Shown piece by piece: positions 26,932 through 38,700 of a DNA stretch of 64,000 nucleotides. The first letter of the stretch is position 1, and the number at the start of each line of letters is the position of its first letter. Under the pieces are notes generated by a model that was given only the letters and a program-made list of their open reading frames with translations, had not been told where the DNA came from and searched no databases. A program made the position numbers and the translations under genes. The stretch is from Prevotella sp. (GTDB lineage Bacteria; Bacteroidota; Bacteroidia; Bacteroidales; Bacteroidaceae), in NCBI GenBank assembly GCA_017557405.1, contig JAFYYV010000001.1, forward strand, positions 142,079 through 206,078, given 5' to 3'.

Positions 26932-29694
26932 ATGGATAAACTGTTCCTTTTAGACGCATACGCACTCATCTATCGCGCCTATTACGCCTTTATCAAAAAC
27001 CCGCGCATCAACTCGAAAGGATTGAATACATCGGCCATCATGGGGTTTGTAAATACCTTGAACGAGGTCATCAGCAAGGAGAAACCCACTCATATCGGTG
27101 TGGCCTTCGATCACGGAAAGACCTTCCGCAACGAAGCATTCCCTGAATACAAGGCGCAACGCGAGGAAACACCTGAAGATATTCGTCGTTCGGTGCCTAT
27201 CATCAAGCAATTGCTCGAAGCCTGGCACATTCCTTGCTTGCAAGTAGATGGCTTCGAAGCCGACGATGTTATCGGAACCCTCGCGATGAAATCGGGCATT
27301 TTGGGTGTTGAGACCTATATGTTGACACCCGATAAGGATTATGGTCAACTGGTGCGCGAGAACGTTTTCCAATTCCGCCCTCGTCACGGAGGTGGTTATG
27401 AAAAAATGGGACCAACTGAGGTGTGCGCCAAATATGGAATCGAAAATACAAACCAAGTGATCGACCTGTTGGCTTTGATGGGCGATTCATCGGATAACTT
27501 CCCAGGTTGTCCTGGTGTTGGTGAGAAGACTGCCGTAAAACTCATCGAGGAGTTTGGTTCCATTGACAACCTACTCGAACATACGGATCAGATCAAAGGC
27601 AAGTTGCGCGAAAAAGTGGAAACTCATGTCGACGACATTCGTATGTCACAATTCTTGGCAACCATCCGAACCGATGTTCCGATTGACCTCGACATGAACG
27701 CTCTCCTACTCCGCGACCCCGATGATGAAAAATTGCGTGCGCTCTTCACCGAACTCGAGTTCAAATCACTCGCCGAGAAGATTCTTAAAAAGCCCCAACA
27801 AGTGGTAAAACCTGTTAACGGACAGCTCGATTTATTCGCAGAATTTGCGACCGAGAGCCCAGAAGAATCAAAAAATGGCGATTTTTCGACCCTAAAAACG
27901 ACATCTCACGATTACCAACTGATTGATAATCATGAGGAAATGCAACGGATTTGTGACTTTTTTATTACAAAAAAAATTCTCAGTCTAGATACGGAAACCA
28001 CTTCAACGAACCCAATTGATGCCGAATTGGTCGGTTTGAGCTTCTCTGTGGAGCCTTCGAAGGCATTTTATGTTCCGATTCCGAGCAATCGTAAAGAAGC
28101 GCAAACAATTGTTAACATATTTAAAAAGGTGTATGAAGACCCCGAAGTGCTCAAAGTTGGACAGAACATCAAGTACGACTTGGAGGTACTGCGCAATTAT
28201 GGCGTAGAGTTGAAAGGCAAGATGTGGGACACGATGCTCGCCCACTACATCCTCCAACCTGAACTGCGGCACAATATGGATTACATGGCCGAGACACTTT
28301 TGAACTACCAGACGATTCACATTGACGAACTCATCGGACCTCGCGGAAAGAATCAACGTTCGATGCGCGACCTCAATCCGAGTGAAGTTTATGAATACGC
28401 CGCCGAAGATGCTGACGTTACTTTGAAATTGAAAAACGTGTTGGAACCCAAACTGCGCGAAGCAGGTCTTCTGCAATTGTTCGAGGAAATAGAAATGCCT
28501 TTGGTGCCCGTGTTGGCAGAAATGGAGATGAACGGCGTGCTGATTGATACTGAAGCATTGCGCGAAACGTCAAAACTTTTCACAGAAAGAATGCTTCAAC
28601 TGGAAGCGAAAATCTACGAACAAGCAGGTGGACCTTTCAACATCTCGAGCCCCAAACAAGTGGGTGACATCTTGTTTGGAAAGATGAAGATTGTAGAAAA
28701 GCCAAAGAAGACAAAAACGGGACAATATGTGACTAGTGAAGAAGTTTTGCAACAACTGCGCTCGAAAGCTCCTATTATTGCAGATATACTTGATTATCGT
28801 GGACTTAAGAAGCTGTTAGGAACTTACATCGATGCGCTTCCTAAACTTATCAATCCACGAACGGGACACATTCACACTTCATTCAACCAAGCTGTTACAG
28901 CTACTGGAAGACTCTCAAGTAGTGACCCGAATTTGCAGAACATTCCTGTGCGAGGCGAGGATGGAAAAGAGATTCGCAAATGTTTCATACCCGAACCAAA
29001 TTGTCAATTCTTTTCAGCGGATTATAGTCAGATTGAATTGCGCGTGATGGCTCATCTTTCAGGCGATGAAAATATGCTTCGCGTATTCCGTGAAGGCAAA
29101 GACTTGCATGCTGCAACTGCCGCCACCATTTATAAAAAGGCGATTGAGGATGTGAGCCGCGATGAGCGAACCAAATCGAAACGCGCCAATTTCGGTATCA
29201 TATACGGTATCACGATATTCGGATTGGCTGAACGTTTGGAGATCTCACGCGATGAATCTCGACTGCTCATCGATGGATTCTTCAAAACCTTCCCACAGGT
29301 GCGCGACTACATGGAGCAATCGAAACAAATAGCTCGCGAACGTGGGTATGCAGAAACATTGTTCCACCGCAGACGCTATCTGCCTGACATCAATTCGCAC
29401 AATGCAACTGTGCGCAACTTCACCGAACGCAACGCCATCAATGCACCCATTCAAGGCTCTGCGGCCGATATCATCAAGGTGGCTATGATTCGCATTCATC
29501 AGCGTTTCAAAGAAGAGGGTATCCGCTCGAAGATGATTCTTCAGGTTCACGATGAACTGAACTTCTCGGTGTATCCCGAAGAACGTGAGCGTGTGGAGCA
29601 CATCGTGCTCGAAGAGATGCAAAACGCCTATCCGCTCAAAGTGCCTCTGGTGGCCGATTGCGGATGGGGAGACAACTGGCTTGAAGCGCATTGA
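26932..29694 (+). CDS. polA: DNA polymerase I
   Basis: 5'-3' exonuclease N-domain, 3'-5' exo-like domain, and polymerase motifs DYSQIELRVMAH and QVHDELNF. Confidence 0.97.
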   Translation: MDKLFLLDAYALIYRAYYAFIKNPRINSKGLNTSAIMGFVNTLNEVISKEKPTHIGVAFDHGKTFRNEAFPEYKAQREETPEDIRRSVPIIKQLLEAWHIPCLQVDGFEADDVIGTLAMKSGILGVETYMLTPDKDYGQLVRENVFQFRPRHGGGYEKMGPTEVCAKYGIENTNQVIDLLALMGDSSDNFPGCPGVGEKTAVKLIEEFGSIDNLLEHTDQIKGKLREKVETHVDDIRMSQFLATIRTDVPIDLDMNALLLRDPDDEKLRALFTELEFKSLAEKILKKPQQVVKPVNGQLDLFAEFATESPEESKNGDFSTLKTTSHDYQLIDNHEEMQRICDFFITKKILSLDTETTSTNPIDAELVGLSFSVEPSKAFYVPIPSNRKEAQTIVNIFKKVYEDPEVLKVGQNIKYDLEVLRNYGVELKGKMWDTMLAHYILQPELRHNMDYMAETLLNYQTIHIDELIGPRGKNQRSMRDLNPSEVYEYAAEDADVTLKLKNVLEPKLREAGLLQLFEEIEMPLVPVLAEMEMNGVLIDTEALRETSKLFTERMLQLEAKIYEQAGGPFNISSPKQVGDILFGKMKIVEKPKKTKTGQYVTSEEVLQQLRSKAPIIADILDYRGLKKLLGTYIDALPKLINPRTGHIHTSFNQAVTATGRLSSSDPNLQNIPVRGEDGKEIRKCFIPEPNCQFFSADYSQIELRVMAHLSGDENMLRVFREGKDLHAATAATIYKKAIEDVSRDERTKSKRANFGIIYGITIFGLAERLEISRDESRLLIDGFFKTFPQVRDYMEQSKQIARERGYAETLFHRRRYLPDINSHNATVRNFTERNAINAPIQGSAADIIKVAMIRIHQRFKEEGIRSKMILQVHDELNFSVYPEERERVEHIVLEEMQNAYPLKVPLVADCGWGDNWLEAH

Positions 29695-29702
29695 TCAGTT
29701 TT

Positions 29703-29831
29703 GTCAAAGGCCATCAATGACGTTGTCAAAGACCACAAATGAGGCGGTCAAAGCTATGCTTTAAGCGTGTCAAAGCTATGCTATGAGAAGGTCAAAAGCC
29801 ACAAATGACAGGCTTAAAGACCATCAATGAC
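29703..29831 (-). repeat. Array of six 22-bp mosaic repeat units (reverse orientation)
   Basis: GTCAAAGGCCATCAATGAC, GTCAAAGACCACAAATGAG, GTCAAAGCTATGCTTTAAG, GTCAAAGCTATGCTATGAG, GTCAAAAGCCACAAATGAC, CTTAAAGACCATCAATGAC at 22-bp spacing, starting 9 nt after the polA stop. Confidence 0.85.
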
Positions 29832-29913
29832 AAATGTTATGGATTCATAGGGCGGCAAAAGCGGCATTCTGCACAAAAGAATTAGAAAATTTGGCAAATC
29901 GCCTGCTTCTTTG

Positions 29914-29921
29914 TACCTTTG
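29914..29921 (+). promoter_or_regulatory. -7 promoter box TAccTTTG for ychF
   Basis: TAnnTTTG match 26 nt upstream of the ATG at 29948. Confidence 0.55.
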
Positions 29922-29947
29922 CAACCAAATAATAAACATAAAAGAAA

Positions 29948-31048
29948 ATGGCATTAAAATGTGGTATTGTGGGACTCCCCAATGTGGGAAAGTCCACTTT
30001 GTTCAACTGCTTATCGAGTGCAAAGGCACAGGCAGCGAACTTTCCTTTTTGTACGATTGAACCAAATGTAGGCGTTATTACAGTTCCTGACGAGCGACTT
30101 ACAAAGCTTGCCGAACTGGTACATCCTAGTCGCATCGTACCTGCTACTTGTGAGATTGTGGATATTGCAGGTCTTGTAAAAGGTGCATCGAAAGGTGAAG
30201 GATTAGGAAACAAATTCCTCGGAAACATACGTGAAACCGATGCTATTATACACGTGCTGCGCTGTTTCGAAGATGACAATATCACGCACGTTGATGGTAC
30301 TATCGACCCTATTCGCGATAAAGAAATCATTGACACCGAACTTCAACTGAAAGACTTGGAAACTATCGAAGGCAGGTTGGCAAAAACCGAGAAGGCCGCT
30401 GCTGCCGGCAACAAAGATGCAAAGGTGGAAGTGAGCGTTTTGAAAGCTTACAAAGAGGTGCTTGAACAAGGGAAAAACGCCCGCATCGTGGAGTTCGACA
30501 CCAAAGATGAGCAAGATTGTGCTCGCGGATTGTTCCTTTTGACTTCAAAGCCCGTGCTTTATGTTTGCAATGTTTCGGAAGCTGAAGCAAAGACAGGCAA
30601 CGCCTTCACGCAGAAAATCGAGGCTTTGGCGAAGGATGAAGGTGCAGAAGCAATGATTATCGCCGCCAAGACCGAAGAAGACATTGCTGAATTGGAGTCG
30701 TACGAAGACAAATTGATGTTTTTGGAAGAACTAGGACTCGAGGAAAGTGGTGTGAACCGACTCATCAAGAAAGCATATTCCCTGTTGAATCTCGAAACCT
30801 TCATCACTGCAGGCCCGATGGAAGTGAAAGCGTGGACCTACAAACGTGGTTGGAAGGCCCCACAATGTGCTGGCGTCATTCACACCGACTTCGAAAAAGG
30901 TTTCATTCGCGCCGAGGTCATCAAATACGACGACTACATCCAATATGGCTCTGAAGCCGCCGTGCGCGAAGCTGGAAAAATGGGAATCGAAGGCAAGGAT
31001 TACGTGGTGCAAGACGGTGATATCATGCACTTCCGCTTTAATGTTTAA
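29948..31048 (+). CDS. ychF: Redox-regulated ATPase YchF
   Basis: P-loop GIVGLPNVGKSTLFN; C-terminal TGS-like domain with DGDIMHFRFNV. Confidence 0.96.
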   Translation: MALKCGIVGLPNVGKSTLFNCLSSAKAQAANFPFCTIEPNVGVITVPDERLTKLAELVHPSRIVPATCEIVDIAGLVKGASKGEGLGNKFLGNIRETDAIIHVLRCFEDDNITHVDGTIDPIRDKEIIDTELQLKDLETIEGRLAKTEKAAAAGNKDAKVEVSVLKAYKEVLEQGKNARIVEFDTKDEQDCARGLFLLTSKPVLYVCNVSEAEAKTGNAFTQKIEALAKDEGAEAMIIAAKTEEDIAELESYEDKLMFLEELGLEESGVNRLIKKAYSLLNLETFITAGPMEVKAWTYKRGWKAPQCAGVIHTDFEKGFIRAEVIKYDDYIQYGSEAAVREAGKMGIEGKDYVVQDGDIMHFRFNV

Positions 31049-31079
31049 GCAAAACATCCATAACCCCAAACAATGAATT

Positions 31080-31991
31080 ATGAACCTTGAACTGTTATTC
31101 ATCAACTGGAATCCCAGCGAGATAATCGGCCATCTGGGGCCTATCACGTTGCGTTGGTACGGCATGTGCTGGTTGGTGGGCATTGTGGGCGCCTACTTCA
31201 TGGTGCGCTGGTTGTATAAAGACCAGAAAGTGAAAGATGAACTATTCGACCCATTGTTCATCTATGCGTTCATCGGCATTCTTGTAGGTGCTCGGTTGGG
31301 TCATTGCCTGTTCTACGAACCTGACTATTTTCTTTCATCTGGCACCCATTTCATAGAGATGTTCGTACCCATACACAAGATGGCCGACGGTTCATGGAAA
31401 TACACGGGTTATGCAGGATTGGCAAGTCACGGCGGAACACTCGGTTTGATGATAGCCTTGTGGCTCTATTGCCGACACACCAAGATGAACATCTGGCACG
31501 TGCTCGACAACATTGCAATTGCCACCCCCATCACCGCTTGCTGCATTCGATTGGGCAATCTGATGAACTCTGAAATCATTGGTAAACCTACTGATGTGCC
31601 TTGGGCGTTCATCTTTGAACAAGTGGACAATGTACCGCGACATCCAGGTCAACTATACGAAGCTATCGCCTACTTCATATTCATCTTCGTGATGCTTTTC
31701 TTCTATCTTAGAAGTAGAAAATCGGATGAAAAAGTAAATGCTGATAAACCTTCTTCCGTCATCCTTCATCCTTCATCTAAAACGGTGGGTAGCGGATTCT
31801 TCTTCGGCCTTGTATTGACGCTCATTTTCACATTCCGATTCTTCATCGAATACACCAAAGACGTTCAAGTGGACTTCGAGAACGGAATGCTTTTTAATAT
31901 GGGACAATTGCTTTCTGTTCCCTTCATTATCATTGGAATCGCCAGTATGATAGGCGGAAAATGGATGAAGAAAGTTCCTGGAGCTAAATAG
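31080..31991 (+). CDS. lgt: Prolipoprotein diacylglyceryl transferase
   Basis: Multi-pass membrane protein with Lgt motifs ([30 protein letters not shown]). Confidence 0.9.
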   Translation: MNLELLFINWNPSEIIGHLGPITLRWYGMCWLVGIVGAYFMVRWLYKDQKVKDELFDPLFIYAFIGILVGARLGHCLFYEPDYFLSSGTHFIEMFVPIHKMADGSWKYTGYAGLASHGGTLGLMIALWLYCRHTKMNIWHVLDNIAIATPITACCIRLGNLMNSEIIGKPTDVPWAFIFEQVDNVPRHPGQLYEAIAYFIFIFVMLFFYLRSRKSDEKVNADKPSSVILHPSSKTVGSGFFFGLVLTLIFTFRFFIEYTKDVQVDFENGMLFNMGQLLSVPFIIIGIASMIGGKWMKKVPGAK

Positions 31992-32030
31992 CAAATATAA
32001 TTGACTATAATTACTAACGGTTGACTCTTT

Positions 32031-32849
32031 ATGGCACATCGAAGATTCTCGGAAATCTCTCCCCTCGCCTATCGCATTGCTGTGGAGAAAAACATCCTGC
32101 AACGCAAGATGAAAGACCTATTTAGCAACCAACATTTCGCGCATCAACGACAAAACGAACCGTTACCTGTTCTCATTTATAAACACAGTTCGCTCATACG
32201 AAGAAGACTGGGCAATGTGGACATGCGATTACAGGAAAACAAAGCCGTCAACCTAGGTTTGGCTGCCCCTCAAGTGAATGGTATCATTATCCGTCCTGGT
32301 GAGACTTTTTCTTTCTGGAGATTGGTTGGACGCGATTGTAAACGGCGTGGATTCCGAGAAGGATTGACTATTGCTAACGGCAAACCATCTAGCGGCATTG
32401 GTGGAGGCATGTGCCAATTCACCAATCTCATCCATTGGATGGTGCTCCATTCGGAACTTACTATTACCGAACATCACCACCACGATGGTCTCGACCTCTT
32501 TCCCGATTTCAACCGTCAGATTCCTTTTGGAACGGGTACCAGCATTGTCTATAACTACCGCGATTACCGTGTGACCAACAACACGCAAAACACCTATCAA
32601 CTGCTGGTTCATGTGACCGATACTCATCTATGCGGCGAATTGAGGGCCATTGAGCAAGAAACGCACACTTTCCACATCATCATCGAAGACGAACATTTCA
32701 CACGCGAAAATGATATCGTCTATCGCAATGGCGTTGTCAGTAGGCAGACCATTGACCGACAAACGGGCCAATGCATCCATTCAGAAGTGATACGGCGTAA
32801 CCACGCACAAGTGATGTACGATACTTCGAATTTGGTGATATCGGAATAA
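32031..32849 (+). CDS. VanW family protein
   Basis: VanW-domain core GIGGGMCQFTNLIHW and following HHHHDG segment. Confidence 0.75.
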   Translation: MAHRRFSEISPLAYRIAVEKNILQRKMKDLFSNQHFAHQRQNEPLPVLIYKHSSLIRRRLGNVDMRLQENKAVNLGLAAPQVNGIIIRPGETFSFWRLVGRDCKRRGFREGLTIANGKPSSGIGGGMCQFTNLIHWMVLHSELTITEHHHHDGLDLFPDFNRQIPFGTGTSIVYNYRDYRVTNNTQNTYQLLVHVTDTHLCGELRAIEQETHTFHIIIEDEHFTRENDIVYRNGVVSRQTIDRQTGQCIHSEVIRRNHAQVMYDTSNLVISE

Positions 32850-32964
32850 AACACCACTTCATTAATAGTTTGTTTAAAGGGCTTTCTGATGATTTAAGAG
32901 GTATAGAGTTGCCATCTGGCAATTCCACTGATACAAAGTGAAAATGATATATGCTAGCTTTGGA

Positions 32965-32989
32965 AAAGTAAAATAGACTATTTTACTTT
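32965..32989. terminator. Perfect 12-bp-arm palindrome AAAGTAAAATAG-A-CTATTTTACTTT between convergent VanW-like and mutS genes (single unit of the second repeat family)
   Basis: Read directly from the sequence; same core as the 23311-23373 units. Confidence 0.6.
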
Positions 32990-33056
32990 CTTATAGTTAT
33001 GGTATATGGGTTTCAAAGCAAAGGAGTAGCAGGACTACTTTTAATCTAAATCAAGA

Positions 33057-35684
33057 CTATCCCTTTCCTTTGACAATGCGTTTGATTTCATTGAGCTTGT
33101 TGAGAGCCTCAACAGGTGTGAGATTGTTGATGTCAAGACCCAAAATCTCATCGCGAATTTGAGTGAGAACAGGGTCATCGAGTTGGAAGAACGATAGTTG
33201 CATACCCTCACGGCTTTGGTTGAGAGTGTCAACTGAAGGTTTCGTAACAGTACGGCTACCACTGTTGTTCTGCTCCAATTGCTTCAAAATGACATTCGCA
33301 CGTTTCACGATGGATTTTGGCATACCTGCAATCTCAGCCACATGGATTCCGAATGAGTGCTCACTCCCACCCCGCTCCAATTTACGCAAGAAAATCACCT
33401 TGCCATCCATTTCCTTCACGCTCACGTTGTAGTTCTTGATGCGCTTGAACGACTTCTCCATTTCGTTCAACTCATGATAATGGGTGGCAAATAGCGTGCG
33501 CGCCTGTGCTTTGGGATGTTCGTGCAGATATTCCACGATGGCCCACGCAATAGAAATACCATCGTAAGTCGAGGTTCCACGTCCGAGTTCATCAAAGAGC
33601 ACCAACGAATGAGGTGAAACGTTGTTGAGGATGTCGGCAGCCTCTATCATCTCCACCATGAAAGTGGATTCACCAAGTGAAATATTGTCGCTGGCACCCA
33701 CACGAGTGAAAATTTTGTCCACTAAGCCTATTTTCGCGCTCTCTGCGGGCACGAAGCACCCTACCTGCGCCAACAGTACTATCAAAGCCGTTTGACGCAA
33801 CAGAGCGGATTTACCGGCCATATTGGGACCTGTAATGATGACTATTTGCTGCCTTTCGGTATCGAGTTGTATATTGTTAGGTATATATTTTTCGCCTACA
33901 GGCAATTGTTGTTCTATGACAGGATGACGCCCTTGACGTATATCGAGTTCGTCATCGGTTGCAATTACAGGACGCACATATCGGTTTTCCTCAGCCGTCT
34001 TGGCAAACGAGAGCAGACAATCCAATTTCGCCACGATGTTGGCATTGATTTGGATTTGTGGGATGAACTCCTGCATCGCCACAACGAGTTCACTATATAG
34101 TTTCTCTTCGAGCGCCTGAATCTTCTCATCAGCGCCAAGAATCTTGTCCTCGTATTCCTTTAATTCCTGCGTGATGTAGCGCTCTGCTTGAGCCAATGTC
34201 TGCTTGCGAATCCAATCTGCAGGAACCTTGTCCTTATACGTGTTGCGCACTTCCAAATAGTAGCCGAAGACATTGTTGAAACCGATTTTCAACGAAGAAA
34301 TGCCCGTCTTTTCTATCTCTTGCTCCTGCAAGTGCATCAAGTAACTACGGCTGTTGTTCGAGATTTGCCTCAGTTCATCGAGTTCCTCCGACCATCCATC
34401 GGCTATGACGCCACCCTTTGCCAACAGTTGTGGTGGATCGGGTTGTATCTCCTTTGCAATGCGGTCGCGAATACTCTCACAAAGGTTCAACTGCTCCCCT
34501 ATCCTCTTCAGACTTTCGTTGTCAGCATCAAGACAAACGGCCTTGATGGGAGCGATGGCTTGCAATGCGTTCTTCAACTGCACAACTTCACGCGGAGACA
34601 CTCTTCCAACGGCAACCCTCGAAACAATGCGTTCCAAGTCGCCAATACGATGTAATTGCTCATCGACAACAGCACGGAAGTCGGGTTTGCGGAAGAAATA
34701 TTCCACCACATCGAGACGCTGGTTGATGAGTCGTTCGTCTTTCAATGGGAAGATGAGCCAACGGCGCAACATACGACCTCCCATAGGAGTCGTAGTGTGG
34801 TCGATGACACCCAATAACGATTGACCATCATCCTGCATCGGAGCAACAATTTCCAACGAACGAATGGTGAATTTGTCAAGCCTCACATAGCGTTCCTCCT
34901 CTATACGCTTCAGGCTTGTTATATGGCCTATTTGCTTGTGCAACGTCAGTTCGAGATACTGCATGATGGCACCTGCCGCTATCACCCCGCTATGCAGATG
35001 ATCCACACCGAAACCTTTTAGGTTTTTCGTGCCAAAATGTTTCAGAAGCTTCTGTCGTGCACTCTGTTCGGTGAACACCCAGTCATCCAACTCGAACGTG
35101 CAGATTCGCGTACCAAAATAGCGTTCAATATCTTGTTTGCGAGTGCGCTCATAGAGAACTTCCTTGGGTTGGAAATTCCCCAAAAGTTTCTCCACATAGT
35201 CGTAAGTGCCCTCACCTGTCAGGAATTCACCCGTTGAGATATCCAAGAAGGCCACACCACATGCCGTGCGCCCGAAATTTACAGCCGCCAGGAAGTTGTT
35301 TTCCTTGTAGTTCAGCACGTTATCGCTCATGGCTACACCGGGTGTAACCAATTCCGTGATACCACGTTTAACGAGCTTTTTCGTCAGTTTAGGGTCTTCC
35401 AATTGGTCGCAGATGGCCACTCTCCTACCCGCCCTGATGAGTTTTGGCAGATAGGTATCGAGCGCATGATGAGGGAAACCAGCCATCTCATCACCCTTCA
35501 CACCTGCACCATTATTGCGCTTTGTGAGGGTGATGCCTAGTATCTTCGAGGCTGTTACGGCATCATCGCAATAAGTCTCATAGAAATCGCCACAACGAAA
35601 CAGCAGTAATGCATCAGGATATTTCTCCTTGAACGAGAAAAACTGCTGCATCATCGGTGTCAATCCATTGTCTTTCTTTGCCAT
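33057..35684 (-). CDS. mutS: DNA mismatch repair protein MutS
   Basis: N-terminal TPMMQQFF, Walker [22 protein letters not shown] prefer the start at 35684 ([14 protein letters not shown]) because a TAccTTTG box at 35708-35715 lies inside the longer tracked ORF. Confidence 0.95.
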   Translation of the reverse strand: MAKKDNGLTPMMQQFFSFKEKYPDALLLFRCGDFYETYCDDAVTASKILGITLTKRNNGAGVKGDEMAGFPHHALDTYLPKLIRAGRRVAICDQLEDPKLTKKLVKRGITELVTPGVAMSDNVLNYKENNFLAAVNFGRTACGVAFLDISTGEFLTGEGTYDYVEKLLGNFQPKEVLYERTRKQDIERYFGTRICTFELDDWVFTEQSARQKLLKHFGTKNLKGFGVDHLHSGVIAAGAIMQYLELTLHKQIGHITSLKRIEEERYVRLDKFTIRSLEIVAPMQDDGQSLLGVIDHTTTPMGGRMLRRWLIFPLKDERLINQRLDVVEYFFRKPDFRAVVDEQLHRIGDLERIVSRVAVGRVSPREVVQLKNALQAIAPIKAVCLDADNESLKRIGEQLNLCESIRDRIAKEIQPDPPQLLAKGGVIADGWSEELDELRQISNNSRSYLMHLQEQEIEKTGISSLKIGFNNVFGYYLEVRNTYKDKVPADWIRKQTLAQAERYITQELKEYEDKILGADEKIQALEEKLYSELVVAMQEFIPQIQINANIVAKLDCLLSFAKTAEENRYVRPVIATDDELDIRQGRHPVIEQQLPVGEKYIPNNIQLDTERQQIVIITGPNMAGKSALLRQTALIVLLAQVGCFVPAESAKIGLVDKIFTRVGASDNISLGESTFMVEMIEAADILNNVSPHSLVLFDELGRGTSTYDGISIAWAIVEYLHEHPKAQARTLFATHYHELNEMEKSFKRIKNYNVSVKEMDGKVIFLRKLERGGSEHSFGIHVAEIAGMPKSIVKRANVILKQLEQNNSGSRTVTKPSVDTLNQSREGMQLSFFQLDDPVLTQIRDEILGLDINNLTPVEALNKLNEIKRIVKGKG

Positions 35685-35707
35685 CTGTTCGTCAATTCTT
35701 TTGACCG

Positions 35708-35715
35708 CAAAGGTA
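35708..35715 (-). promoter_or_regulatory. -7 promoter box TAccTTTG for mutS
   Basis: The reverse complement of CAAAGGTA gives a TAnnTTTG match 23 nt upstream of the ATG at 35684. Confidence 0.5.
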
Positions 35716-35777
35716 GCTTTTTTTTTCTGAAACCACAAATTTCAGCGAAACAAAATGGGGATGACACCTTTTAACGC

Positions 35778-38700
35778 CTATTCCTTTTTCAGAATGATGT
35801 TGGTCAAAACTGTAATATCTGTCACATTCACATCGCCATCACCATTGAGATCGGCCTCGCGTTTGTTTGTCATCGTGAGATCCTTGCCCAAAATATAATT
35901 GGTTAGAATCGTGACATCCACTATGTTCACCAAACCATCGTGGTTAAGGTCGCCACGCAAGTAGGAGAGGGGAACGTAGGCGATGAATTTGCAGAAAGTG
36001 GCGTTTTGATAGAGTTCATAACTCCACGTACCATCTGCATTGGCATAAACATAACCTTCGTCATAGTTGGTTTCCTTACCAAGACTCAAGTCAGCTTTAT
36101 AATAGACAATAGTTTGTTCATTTCCCAATTCCGAAGCCGAAACTGTGGTGTTTCCTTTAGTGTAGTTATGCCCGATTCCAAAACTCTCAACAAGATGATA
36201 TTCATAATTTCCGTTATCTGAGAAGTTGAGTACGGCTGCAGCATCCAAATAGCCACCACGTTGTCCACTTGCTACCATTACATAACTATCACCGTATGTT
36301 GCATTGGCCTTGCCCCAGTTTGCCCAACGCGAAGTGAAACTTGCTGAATTAAAGTTGCTACCCAAAACCGTTGCTGCATCAGCGGCTTGAATCTCATTGT
36401 ATGCAGGCGTCTCCTTGAGTATCTTGTATGGCTTGTCAACCGTGTAACTAGTTGATTTAGACTCGAATCCATTGAGCGAAGCTGTTATTGTAAGTGTGCC
36501 TGGACGTGTGAAAGCATAAGAAGAGAAATCATCGGCCGATTTGATAAGAATGTTATCGAGTTTCAACGTTGAATAATATCTTGCAGCCACCAGATAGAAA
36601 CCATCAAACTCTGCGCTTGTTCCTTCGGGCAAATTGAACGTACCTGAACTTCCATTGGATATTGCCCATGTTACTATACGAGAATCCTTATTGACTGTCA
36701 ATGTATAATGATACCATTTGTCCGAATCCAATATCGTGGTGGTTGAAGTACCATTCACCGTATATTCTGTTGTTGTTCCCACGCTGGTAATATCGAATAG
36801 CATGTTGGCATTTCCATTGATGGCGGCATAATTGTCCCATTTGTTTGAAGGATTAGTTCCTCCTTTGCTCATCACGCAGAATTCCATAGGTTCCCTGGTT
36901 GATGGCTTTATTGCCAAATCGAACTCTACAGTATATGTATTACAAGAACTTACATCAACATTCAATCGAGTGTATGCATAACGAGTATTAGTATCTCCTG
37001 TATTCACATAGAAATAATTTCCATTAGTTGCATCGCCAGTTCCAAGACTGATAGGAGCACCGCTATTGGTCCAACCTGCGCTTGCATCGGTTACATTCTC
37101 ATAGTTTTCACTATACAGCGTTTGTTGTTCTGTACTACCCACAAAGGTCGTGTTGCCCTCAGTGTCGGTAAATGTGGCGGATAGGGTAGGGGTGTAGGAT
37201 CCCATAGATGTGTTCGTTTTGTTGTTAATAATCGACACAACGGGAAGATAGCATTGCACACCAGCTGCTGTCGGATAGAGGTCGGAGAGGTCACCGCAAG
37301 GGGCCATTGCCTTAAATTCGATGGTGGGAGGGTTGAGGGTTGGCGTACCTCCGACAACAAGACATAGTTTCCCATCGACCGAATCCAAGAAATACTTGCT
37401 ACCGCTATTGGCAGGAACAACACCTTCGATGACCACACGACTGAGTTCGCCTTCATAGCTGGAAAGTGTACCTATTGGATAAACGCCATCAGCCAGCGAA
37501 GACCTGCAATTGAATTGGAAAACAGGTGCACTATACTGGGGACCATTCTCCCAATCGCGTGGATTGATGGTCAATGTTGTCAGGTTCAGCAGGTCGTTTT
37601 GAGAGGAGTCAGTACTATTGAGGTCAAGCACGATGCGAGCGCCATAATTGAGTGTGAGGTCGGAGATGGTCACTGTGGAGAGCGTTTGTGCGGTTGCACC
37701 TCCAACATTGAGTGTAGCACCATATTCCATCGTCATACCGCCATTGAAAGAGCCACCAGTGGAATTGAGCGTGGTAAAACGTTTCATGGAAACACGACTA
37801 GCCGTCAGAGTACCATCGAAGTTGACAGTTCCTCCCCATATTTCAGTAGGTCCTGTATAGGTGAGGGTCTTCTTGGGCATGTTGAGAATGCCATCACCCT
37901 GCTTGACAAAATACATGTCGCCTTGTAGGGTACTATTGCTACCACTATACGAAAGCGTGTGGGTATAAGTAGTCGTGGTGATGTTGTTGTTATCGTCATG
38001 ACCTTGCACCCATGTTGGTGTATTGATGGTAAGTGAAGTAGGGGAGACCTGACTGGTAAACGTCAGTGTGGCATTACTTTGCGGACAGAACAACAAATGT
38101 TTACCATCCATTTCCGTTCCAAATGATGCGCCAGCACTCAATTCTGTGCGATTACGGGTGGTGAGTGAAGGTGGTGCTTGAGTGTATCCTTCTGACTCTC
38201 CGAGGAAATAACTCAGATGAGGAGGTTGGTTATAAGCCATCATCTGCCAAACCATCGCCTGACGATACTGATGGTCATACCATAGAGAAGGCAAAGCATA
38301 TGCAGTAGAAGAAGCACTCGTATATACACGCACATTGGAACCACAACGCACCACAATCTCCTCGCGCCAATCACCCAACAAATCGCCTTGGAAGCAAGGA
38401 TTGTTCTTCGAATCGTTGTTCATGTTGCAACCTGAAGAATTGAACAACCTACCAACCCCAGGTTTATCTATTTTCGCATCCCTTGCTGTTCCTGGAGAGT
38501 TCAGCACCTCCGAGCAGAGATCACCATCCCAATAGATGCGGAAATTACAATCACTCCAAGCAATCAAATCGCTTATTTCCGTGAGATCTTGGTCGGTCAC
38601 ACAACTAATCATACCGTGTTTGCTAGAACGCCCTATCGACCCAGGATAATTGTTCAGGAAATTAGCTGCGATACACCGCCCATCATCATCAGAACTCGTG

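Noticed and set aside
29703-29831. Possible CRISPR array, given regularly spaced short repeats
   Set aside because: The units are contiguous (19-bp core plus 3-bp linker) with no unique spacers. The unit sequences are degenerate, the arrays are very short, and no cas genes are in the window.
35685-35738. N-terminal extensions in tracked ORFs: mutS 35738, sigma 59769, DUF4252 60209, TPR-AraC 62610, coaD 62603, apt 20760, PorZ-like 48196
   Set aside because: The extensions overlap upstream genes or contain the gene's own TAnnTTTG promoter box. The internal ATGs give canonical N-termini or signal peptides.
35781-35960. Interpreting the dockerin-like tail as evidence for a cellulosome
   Set aside because: No cohesin or scaffoldin gene is visible in the window. 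Only the module resemblance is reported.
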